Assembly (NCBI GenBank): GCA_965637545.1
Contig: OZ281495.1
Coordinates: forward strand, 24,676,001 to 24,740,000
Origin: Phallusia mammillata
Lineage: Eukaryota
Length of the DNA stretch: 64,000 nucleotides
Direction of reading: 5' to 3'
Below are positions 25,901-37,900 of this stretch, piece after piece. The notes beneath the pieces were generated by a model. The model searched no databases. It was not told the origin of the DNA and was given only the letters and a program-made list of their open reading frames with translations. Both the position numbers and the translations under genes were made by a program. Numbering within the stretch: position 1 is the first letter of the stretch; the number at the start of each line of letters is the position of its first letter.

Positions 25901-28900
25901 GGTGGACACAAATGAGACGGAAGCAAAGAACTGTCAGCAGCGGGTTTCGCTAGAATCACTTCAGATTCAGAACGCAGGCACATTTGAACTTATACCACAC
26001 AGGTTAGCAACCGACAGCAATAAAGAGTTTTTTTACATTTAGGTTGGATTTTGTGTAAATGTCGCACCCTTATGTAAGTTAGTTGAAAACCAAATACCCT
26101 GGAACCGGAAACATAACCTGAAATCGTATTTTTTTGCTCGAAATGTTTTTTTTTAAACAGTCAACACTGCACTACTGTAAAAATGCCTTCGTTTTTAATA
26201 AATGCTAAATTATTTGCGATAGTAGAAACCGATACAAAAGATTAAAACGTCTTGTTTTCTTAGTTTCTGTAATAATTTTACAATATCTGTAAAGAAAAAT
26301 ATTTGACGCCCCAATCCAAGCCAGATGAAAGAGGTACTCTGCGGAGTAAAATACATTTCACATCTTTCTGTACCTAAATTGTGTGTTCCAAACGCGTCTT
26401 ATGAATGAAGTCCATTGTTTTGGTCTACAGACGCGATGACGGATTCCACTTAGTGACAACTAACTTCACAGTTTTCGGTGGTGGACACTTCATCACTAGA
26501 GGGCGCCTCCACGTCGATGCAGCTTACCAAGTGTCAGTGTACTCGGGTGGAAAGATTGACCTCAGTGGAGCTGGGTAGGTGGAATTAAAAAATGCTTTAA
26601 AAAATGTGTTTATTCGCATCAGGTTTGTGAAGTCGAAGTTGTTTTGTTTTGGAGTCTGAGCCGTAATACTTTGACCAATTTTGTTAAATAGCACAAATAA
26701 TTGTACAAGAGCAACAAGGGCTTTGTTTTTAGTCGAACGACAACCCAGAATCGCATTAAAAACGTTAAATCGCATTGGACTGGATACACCGATAACGATG
26801 TTTAGCTTGGCCTAATAACGTGTAGGTTGTGTAACGCAGAGTAGTGAAACCCCTTAATAATCACGCAACGTGCTTTCAGACATTATGAAATTGTAGTTTT
26901 TTATGCAACAGTACATGTACCAACTTTTAGCTTTTTTGAAACTTTATTCGGTTTTATAAATTAAAAAAGGTGCAGGTTTCACTTTTTGCCTATTTCAGAT
27001 TCAACGCAACTGATGATGTTTCCGTCGGAGTGGGACTTTCATCCAGCTCCGGTGGTGGAGGAGGAGCACACGGAGGATCGGGAGCGAGAGGAGCAGGAGC
27101 ATCGAGCGTTGCTCTTCCGCATGGGCTCTTCGATGAACCTGACGCGTTTGGATCTCCTGGAGGCAACGGAGCCCAAGTTGGCACTTATTACTTCGGCGAC
27201 AACGAGCTCGGGTACATACATTTACATGATTTAACTATGTATCCGCTTTGTACATAAACTGGTTCGACATGGCGCCTTAAATGGGCCTGGCGTACTGTGA
27301 TATATATGTATATAAGTGTGCTATGATCGCTGGTCTGTGTAGACGCTTCAGGGCTGATCCCATGCAGTTATGAATTTATGTTCATCTTAACATCGTAATG
27401 GTGATGTTTCAAAGCCGGTCGAAATATGCATTTCCATTTTTTGTAGAAACCTGCCTCAACCGCGTGGTTATGGTGGTGCTGGTGGCGGAACAGTTCGAAT
27501 TATCACTAAACTCCTTCATGTAGATGGCGTGTTGACTGCTGATGGTGCAACAACTATTTCAAGCATCAGCGCTCACGCAGGTAAACGCAAACAGTGCTAA
27601 TCATACTGAATATGTTATGGTTCTGACTGGTGGATAGCGATACTGTTCTTGCTAGGCTGTCTTGTATTCGCTGGTGTAAACAGCTTGGTACTAAATTGAA
27701 TTTTAGGTGTGGCTTCGAATTTGGTCATGCGTTCCATGTTGGTTTGTAATACTGCAGTTCAGAGTTGTAAACGGGCCTGAAATTGGAGCCCGAACCCGAC
27801 AGCACAAGCCCGAAACCTGGCCTGCAACCCGAATCGTTTTTAAGAAGCCCGTTTAGGTCCGAAAGTTTGATTGACAGGCCTATATATTGAAGCCTCAGAC
27901 ACGACTAAGACAACAAAAACAATATACAATTCGTTTCAAGCAAGGCGTTTCAGAGCTGTTTGACATTAGGTCAGGTCCAGCAACTGGCTATTTAGCTAGT
28001 TAAATTTATTTAAAAAATATACTGACACGAAGTGTAAAGTCAGGCCCGAATCAGTTTATTTGAAAAAACCTAAGCCCGAACCCGGCCCGACTTACAACTC
28101 TGCTGTAGTTCGATATTGCCTTTGCAACACTGAAAACCGATACAAGAAGAAATTTTGTAACAAGCCATGCCAAAACTGTTTTTAATTTGAGTTCTATTTT
28201 AGTTTTAATTTCAAAAGTCGAAGTTAAAACTGGTAACGGTTTGCGGAGTTTTGCTTGGAGATTTTACCCAACTTGGACCTGATTTTTTTCTGTTTGCCTT
28301 CTCTTATGATTTGACTTATTGTTATCAGGTGGTGGATCTGGTGGAAGCGTGTGGGTGAAGTGTGACGTACTTGATGGATACGGAGCGATCAAGAGCGATG
28401 GAGGAGCAGGAGAAGATAATGGCGGAGGAGGATCTGGAGGAAGGGTTGCTCTCGAATACCAGAGAAGCGACTTTAACGGAACCGTCTCGGCTTACGGAGG
28501 TACTGAATACCAAAATAAGAAACAATTTTATTTATTTGTTTCTAAACCTGTTATGTGAGGCGCTGTATTAATAATACAGCAGTGCATTCAATCTTCAACC
28601 CTTTTGTACTGATCTTAGGTCTAAAAATCAACATTTAATGAATTTATGTTGTTCTTGTTGCACAGATATTATTTAGATGTGCTATTATTTCAATTCGTCC
28701 AGATTTGCATATTACTGTGTCATAGATTGAATTTTATTTCATGCCAATAATTTAATAAAATTTTGGTGCAAAAATATTTACTTGCATACAAAGAAAAGAA
28801 ACTGTATTAAATAATGCATTATTTTTTCGAAGAATATGTCAAAGACGCTGTTTTTCACTTCTATTCACTAGCGCAGTGGTTCTCTACTGGTGGTCAATGG

Positions 28901-31900
28901 TTAATTAAATTTGGTGATAAACTGGAAATAGTTGCATATAATTTATTGAATATTCAGTACGAAAAAAGCTTATCCAAGTTATTGACTATTCATTGTTAGC
29001 TGTCAGTTGTTTAATATCACTTCTCGAATTCTGTGTTGAAGGAATATATATTTCAAGCCAATATGCTTGTTGTGAATGCTTTCTTTATCCTTATACTTAG
29101 CAACTGGTCGTCTATGGCTTGAAACGAGATGAAAACTACTGTACTAGCGTAAATAATGCACTTTTACAGGAGCAAGTTCATACGAAGTCGGTGCCGCTGG
29201 AACTATTTTCTCCAAAGAAGGACCAACTCCAACTTCTGAGAAGGTAACACTAACCATGGAAGTGGACAACAATGGACAGAAATATCCTCGTGGGGCGAAC
29301 GCAAGGGGCAAACTAAGTCTATCCAACGGTCGGTAAGTTCGGTTACTTAGTTGACATTTTGAATCTTTTTTAAACATTACAACCCAGGAATTATCAACAA
29401 GCTTTTTTGTATTTACATAAATTAAGGGTAAAAAGGTTAATCTCTTGAATGTTAAAAACTACGGCGACTAAAATCAATTATTACATAATGCATGGATGTG
29501 TGACGTCACAATGACTCGAGGCAGCTTGGTTAAATAGAACTGTCCATACGATTCCGGTCGACATTTTGGAATCGTTTTTGCACACTTGCATGAAGTAAAT
29601 TGTAAAATATTCTTTTCTGAAAGCTACGTGGATCAAACTCGGCTCCCCCCTGTAACTTGGCTACTTCCACCAACCTCCGGTCATTTCTACTTTGATGTTC
29701 TGAATATCAGAGGAAACGCTGAAGTGGCGATGAGCAAATCATCGTAAGTGTTGTGCAGTCGACTTGGGCCCAAAAGAAAATTGCGACAAATATGAGACCG
29801 AGTGTCAGGCCCGAATCATGTCCAATGTATCAAACTCAAGCTACAACCTGATCCTATAAAATCACCTAGCCATAAACATGGACTTTTAGCATGACAACAT
29901 ACAAATTAATGTTGTACCCATAGGCGCCGAGTGGGCGGTGGCGGGGTGGCGCCGCCACCTTGCGTTTGTAATGCACGGTGGCGACCACCGTGGATATTTT
30001 GATTTGTTTGTAGCGGTATAGTACGAAACATCGTAAAATCTGAAAAAATTTGGAAATAATTTGGCTTTCAAACAAGCATGCTGGCATAAAAGCAACAAAA
30101 CGTGTCGAAACTGCAACCTGTTTTGGTTGGTGCTTTGTTTATGACGTCAAACACATTATTGTTGGCAGTGAATGTATGGCCATTATTGTGGACAATGCAA
30201 TTGTACTGTAATAAATGGTTATTTTAGGTGATACAAGAGCAACAACTTGACATAACATTTTCTAAAGCTAAACATTGCTAAGCCAATAATAACGTTCAAG
30301 TGTTTCAACTGAACATTAGTTTAAAAATTATTTATTTTTTAAAGAATTTGACGAACGTTGCATTCTATTGAAAGTTTATTGTGCTTTGAGTTGGAGCTCG
30401 TGTGGTTTCACGCATTAGTGACGTCACAAAAAGTGACGTCATAATTTACGTCCGCCTATTGCATTTTTTGTGAAACTTGGCGCCTATGGTTGTACCTGTC
30501 GACATGACTATCTGTGCTTACAGATTGGATGATGGCGTGGTGACCGGTGAGTTTGGAAGTCTTGCAGGAGACAGAAGTGCTGTGCTTTACATTGGTGCCA
30601 ACCAAGATTTGTATTTTGATGCTGTTGACCGCGGTTATCTGCCATCACATATGCTGCTTTACCAGTAAGTATTGATACGCCTACTCCATAAATCACAGAT
30701 TTTTTTAGAAACAATACCAACACATCAAGTAAAATCGCATATTTCACTTAATTGCATCAGTTATCTAATTGCATAATGCACTTAATAGCATAATTTACTT
30801 AATAGCATAATTCACTTATTAGCATCATTCCCTTATTAGCATAATTCGCTTAATAGCATAGTTCACTTAATAGCATAATTCACTTAATAGCATCATTCAC
30901 TTAATAGCATAATTCACTTAATCACATAATTCACTTAATAGCATCATTCACTTAATCACATAATTCACTTAATAGCATAATTCACTTATTAGCATAATTC
31001 ACTTAATAGCATAGTTCACTTAATAGCATAATTCACTTATTAGCATCATTCACTTAATAGCTTAGTTCACTCAATAGCATAGTTCACTTATTAGCATCAT
31101 TCACTTAATAGCATAGTTCACTTAATAGCATAATTCACTTAATAGCATAATTCACTTAATAGCATAATTCACTGATTAGCATAATCCACTTAATAACTTA
31201 GTTGGCTTAATAGCATAATTCACTTATTAGCATAATTCACTTAATAGCATAGTTCGCTTAATATCATAATTCACTTTATAGCATAATTCACTTATTAGCA
31301 TAATTCACTTAATAGCATCATTCACTTATTAGCATAATTCACTTATTAGCATAATTCACTTAATAGCATAGTTCGCTTAATAGCTTAGTTCACTTAATAG
31401 CATAATTCACTTAATTGCATAATTCACTGAATGGCATAATTCACTTAATAGCATAATTCACTTTATAGCATAATTCACTTATTAGCATCATTCACTTATT
31501 AGCATAATTCACTTAATAGCATAATTCACTTAATAGCATAATTCACTGAATGGCATAATTCACTTATTAGCATAATTCACTTTATAGCATAATTCACTTA
31601 TTAGCATCATTCACTTAATAGCATAGTTCACTTTATAGCATAATTCACTTAATATTATAATTCACTTAATAGCATAGTTCACTTTATAGCATAATTCACC
31701 TAATAGCATATTCACTTAATAGCATAATTCACTTAATCAAACTTAACTTTCGATATTAAACACATTTTTTATGTTACTTTTCGCAGAGACGGAAACGTAA
31801 CCCTTCCCAAACATTTAACTGCTCGCGAGATTTGGATGGAACTGAACGGAGCATTAAATAACACCGGTACCTTGGTGGTGGAAAGCGAGGGTGACGTCAC

Positions 31901-34900
31901 AATGTGGTCACATGCGGCGTCCACTCCCCACGCGGTGGCCGAGGAGGAAGCGGATCCCTCATCCAACATGACACTAGGGCTCATTCAATCAAATTTCAGA
32001 CTTCATGAAATGACAGTGAAAGCTGATGGAACGGTAAGTGTACGGTGATTGTCATGTGGATTTGTTTTGAAACATAGTGCACTGTTATTTGTGTTACGAC
32101 GGTTGGGCTGAATTACGTTCTGACCAAAACCGAATATTTGACAGTTCCGAGTCAACCGGATCGTTTGTAATGCACTCAAAGTCATTTAGTACACTTTGGT
32201 CTAATCACATTTTTTCTACTAGGGAAAAATGATGGGTGTTGCAATACGATCTTATGTTTGTGGGTTTGCTTCGGCCATCGTGACAGTCTACAAACAAATT
32301 TAAAATTTATAAATTGAAATATGGAAATTATTCTGCAACAAAAAAACACACAGATGTTGTAGGACCAACCAAAACCTTCACGTTATTTGTAGATCAAACT
32401 GGTCTAATCCAATTCTTGTTTACTGCACAGCACTGACTCTCAAACGTTTACTCTTAGTTCCGTAATTAACGTGTGAATACACAAGAATGCACAATGATCA
32501 GTCTATAAATTCATGCTAATTAAATTAGTGTGATTAACACTTGTAAATTGAAATAAGTTGCACCAACTAGGAGGGTCTTTGGTTGCCACAGTTTAAGAAA
32601 CAGTGCTGTACTGTGTCTAATTATTGTGCTTAATCAAACAGTCACCAGTTGCGCACATATCATGTTCAACAGCGCGTTTCGATGTACATCTTTTATACCC
32701 CGGCGGCTCTTTGCGGGAAAACTTCGCGGGTCTACAATACTAGTCCACAGGCAAAGTGGATTTAAATTGACTGCTTTGAATACAGGTGAACGCTTACTCT
32801 GCGGATAGATTGGATCATGCTATTGAACTGACAATCCCGATAGTTGACATCAAACGTGGAGGTTTCATCGTCACAGACAACTTGAAGTTGATTGTTAAAA
32901 ATCTCACCGTAGACAATGGAGGTTCGATTTGCACGCTTGAATAACCTTATGCTTTAGAATACTTGTTCAATGCTCTTTGGCCTTTTTTGATTTAAAACCA
33001 ATTGGTTAGAAGCGTTTTTAGACTGCTTATTGGCTTGATAAGAAGGAATTGTTTTATGTAAAAGCTTTTGTAGTGACAGTTTAAGACCAGTTTGTAATTT
33101 ATTTTTTATCAGGTAAACCTTTTTGCTGGCTATTTTTGAATGCAATATTTACCATTTTGTACAAGCTTTAGTTCCACTTGACATTTAACGTCGGTTTGGC
33201 AAGCAAAGTTTCAGTTTTCAAATGCTTACAGGCAAAGTGGAACAAATGCAAAAACTGTGAACAAACATACATTTTCGTGTATAGGAACTCTAACTGCAAA
33301 CGGAGGCGGCTTTTCAGCAAGAGAAGGTCCTGGAGCTGGTGCTTCTAAATACGACAATGTACTTGGTGGAACTGGAGGTGCACATGGTGGAAGAGGAAGC
33401 CCTCCATTATACGGCCTCCACAGCTCAATTGCATACGATTTGTTCGATAATCCAACACAGCTGGGAAGCGGTGGTGGAGACTCCGGTGGACGTGGAGGAG
33501 GTAACTGCTGCAGTCACGTTAAGCCATTTTTTTGGCCGCTAACTAGTCACGGGAGTCGAAGATGTTTCAAAATCTTTGCCTCTGCCGGCGAAATTTGCCG
33601 ATAAAAGTTGGGAACTATTGCACTACATACAATCCATAGGTTACTACTGTTAAAACACATGTCATTGCTACTGAAACCGGACACATTGTTATGTCATAGG
33701 ACGTTTAGACTGACGTGTTAAAACTTCTACTTTAACATGGCGGTTAAAATGTGGCAGTCTTGCTTTTCGTGTGCAAAGTATGATTTATTGCTGGTAAGTA
33801 ACAGAAGCATTTGCCGAAACGTTTCAGAGGAAAGCATGCGTTTTGTGTAAGTTTGCTTTCAAACCATTGAACTGCAGATAACACTATTTTAAATATATTT
33901 GACTTCTATGAATTTTCTGCTGATCAACGCTTTGGGTTTAAATAAGTATTATACTTAGCCTGAAAACGTGACATTTTTATTTTGTGTCAAAAAATGTCAC
34001 AAAAACTCGAATTGTGTTGGCTGACATAAATGTTCATATCTTGGGATCTTATCAAAATATTCGATTGGCGAGGAATGCAATTTGTACTTTAATTTTGGGT
34101 AGCCAACCTTCAAAGGTGTATGGAAACATGCGTGCTGTCGCGAGTAGAACTGTTGAGCAACTGTAATATATATTATATTTTTAGGTTTATATTTTTAGGT
34201 CTTAAGATTAGCATTTGATTCTCTTGTTTTGTTTCAGGGCTGCTGGACATCATTGCCAGTGACGGAGTGCGTGTTGAAGGTGAGATCCTCTCCAGTGGAA
34301 GCGACGGATCATCGAACGGAGAGGAGGAAGTGGTGGAACGATCAGAATCAAGTCTCCTCATGTTGATGGAGCCGGAAACGTTACAGCGAACGGCGGAAAT
34401 GGTAATTGGAAAGTGAAAACGTCACCAACGCATATAACATTACCCGCCATGTCAATATAAAAACATTTCTTTGAGAGTGCGTTACCTATTCTTGTGTATT
34501 ACACCCTATAATGTTGGGCTCTTATTATAAAGTCTTTTTGTGAACGTGGTATGTGGTATTGGCCTGAAAGCATGCTTAAAAATATGTACTTTGAATTACA
34601 TTAGCAAGCGTAATATGGTCGTTCTCTGATTTTTTAGGCAAAAAATGGCAGACTTCTAAATTGTATTAAAACTCGACCTCATGACATACTAATATAAAAA
34701 TCACTTTTACTGATATGTATCAACTTTCATATACCACAAGTCGTAAAATTAATTTCATTCCTCAACTTTAGGTCATGGCTCATATGGAGGTGGCGGCGGC
34801 GGTGGTCGAATTTTGATTGACAGCGGAGAGCTGTACACTTTCCATGGAACCATCAACGTTCTCGGAGGGTCGGGTGGAATCGCAAAACGCGGTGGGGCAG

Positions 34901-37900
34901 GGACCGTCTACGTCATCTCGAACGACCTCCACAAAGACGAAATGCAAAACACGTTAAAGGTATATAGAGGCTAAAAAATAAATTGATCCCTTTCAAGCAA
35001 GAGTATGTTTGTTTTTTCTTGAACTTGTTTTTTTGTGAACAATAACCCAATTTGGAACACCATATACGGATCTGTTCATAAGTTTAATGGTCAAAATAAC
35101 GGCCATTATATCACTGATGATGGCATGAGCATTTGCCAAAACGTTTGAAAAAATAAAGCATCACTTTTTACGTCTATATGGGCCGTTGTTTTCAACATTA
35201 AATAACCCAGTTGTTATGTGTTGTAACTTTAACATCGATTTTTATGCGCGTAATATTGTCTATGGCTTTGGTAACTTAATAAGCTTACCAGGTAATACAC
35301 CGAAACCCTCTTCACAAAATTTTAACATAAAGTGAAATCGATTTTCCACCCAACGAAAATTTTTGACCGGGCCTCACCCAGAAGATGTGTTCTAAGGATT
35401 TTTTTAAATCTTTTATAATGTATAATCTGTACTAAAGCAAAATGTTTTGTAGTAACGACGATTAGTATTTTTTTTAAATTTGATTTATCGGTCGCGAAAT
35501 TTTAGGTGTAGATTACATGCAACACACGAGATCAGTTTTTGCCAAAGTTTTTAAATCGTTTGGATTGAAAACATCACAAAAACGGCTTAAATATTTCAGC
35601 AAGTCAAAACTTTGGTTTATTACGTTTTTAGCACCATAAATGTGTTACAGTACTATGTGGCTTTTCTAATCACCCAATGTTTGCACCTTTGAGGTGGACA
35701 ACGGCAAAAATGTCAACGAGGCGCATCGCATAGACGAGGTTAAGTATCTTGACATGAATGGACCTTACTCGCCTTCAGGATCACCAGAGACAACCATGAA
35801 AGTTTACAGCGGTGTTACTGTTACATCGTCTCACGCTACAGCCACATACTGCTGCGGGTCTAGCTGTAGATCCACTTGTTACTACAGGCGAGTTAATATC
35901 CAATGTCGAAAAAGCACAGATTTAAATTTGCATAGTGCTTGAATGGTTGAATACTAAAAGAAGTTTATGACATGGTTTACAGGAAAGGTTTACACATGTA
36001 GTTAACATATTTTGCACTCGATTTCAAAAATCCTTTGTTTTGCTGTTTAAACATTTAAGTTCTCTGTAGGTATTAAGGCCTACATATAAACTATTTCGTT
36101 GAAAAAACATATTCATTTAGAACGAACGGCCTGCAAAATTCACAATTTTTTTGGAAAATAGACTTGCTGGATTTATCTGAAAATGTTTTAGGTTTTTGTC
36201 AGTAGTTGTTCCTCTCGATTGAAAATCTGCTGTTTATTTTTTTCAGTTTATTCAATGCGATTCACGGTTCTGGGCAGGACGGAGCTCACTACAGGTCCAA
36301 TTACGGAACCGTCACAATAACTTACTTCTTGCCTTTCCCCATCTATCTCGACCACATCAAGATGTTCCCACACTGCACTACAAAGTAAGTGGAAGGATCT
36401 GTAACTACAAGACGATATATGTGTGTGTGTTGGTGTGTGTGTGTTGAATTTAATTTTGTACGTTATAAAATCGAAAACCTTTAGTTAATTGGCAATAACC
36501 CGACAAATCAATGGTCTGAATACAGTATTTAATTTAATTTTGTTGAAGAGGAAGGCTTCATTTACATATATTAAGTTTAATATTACTAAATCACAGTACG
36601 CCAAGCCCATTGAAGGCGCTATACCGAATCAGCCGGTCACCAAGCATTCACCACCATATGGCAAGGCGTAATATTACTAACTAAGAAAAACAATCGCCAT
36701 CATTAAAATTGTATAAAACATATTTTATTAATATGTATTTCATTGAAAACATTACCAATGTATCTAAGTTCATTTAATTTTTATAAATATATTACAACAC
36801 TATTTAGATGGTGTTGAATTAATGTTCATTTTTTTCAAGCGTCGACACCGACCACAAAGTCGAAGTTCTCGTTAACGGTACGCGTCGTGCAAACATGTAT
36901 TTCTTAACATGTATTTTATTGGAAACTTTGCCCACTTATCTAAACTTCGTTACATTTTCTCCAGTGTTTGACAAATATTTTAGAACACTATTCAGCTGGT
37001 GTTTAATTAATGTTCGTTTTTTTTTTGTCTTTTAAGCGTCGACACCGACCACAAAGTCGAAGTTCTCGTTAACGGCACACGGCGTGAGATCACAGATGGT
37101 TTTGTGCAAACTGCCGGTTGTGGGACACAAAAACACGATGACAATCACGCTGAGTATGACATCAGTGTAAAGGTGGACAGGGTAAGAAAAGAATCATATT
37201 TTTTCACAGAACCATAATTTGGGCAAGAAAAGCTTATGTGCTGTTGACATCGTTAATATATAGGGCTGATCTAGTTTTACTTCTTACTTTGAACCTTCAT
37301 GTAAGTTACCTTGGCCCAAAATGCCGAACTGGAGGAATACATATCCCAACGAATTTTTTAACGCGTTTCGGCATGTAAATTTTTGTTGAAACTGAAAAGG
37401 AAAACGGTTAGTTCAGGTCTTAAACACAATGATTAATGATGGTTTTTCGATTGTTTACAGGCCTTTTTGTTATTGTTTAAACTTCTGCCACAAATTGTGC
37501 ATCTATAACCAGAACAACTGTAATTGTGTCTTACAAAAGTTACAATATACGTCTTTTTGAATTAACTTTTTATTCCATTAAGCTATTGTACTACCAACAC
37601 CCGAATTTGTAACAACACCGGAATTTTAAAATGATTGCCTGTGCTAGGTGTATGTTACACTGCAAGGACCGAACCGGGTAGAACTGAACAAGATGGAATT
37701 GTGGGCAAGCAATGACCCTGCTGACACAGATCAACACGTTTACACAACAACACCCGATTCAACATGGCTTTTGGGACCCAGAGATTTCAACTTTACCGAG
37801 GTACGTTTTTGTGCACCATTACTAAACGTTGTTGTACTCGATTTTTAAACGTTAGTTGCTGCTTAAGACGACATCCAACTTTAATTGTTATTTATCATTT

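Noticed and set aside
30732-31737. CRISPR array or telomeric repeat
   Set aside because: Head-to-tail 17-mers with no unique spacers, no cas genes and no TTAGGG-like G-rich unit; it is an intronic minisatellite.
34310-34335. Programmed -1 ribosomal frameshift as the explanation of the frame break
   Set aside because: No X XXY YYZ slippery heptamer at the site and no evident downstream stimulatory structure; an indel is simpler.
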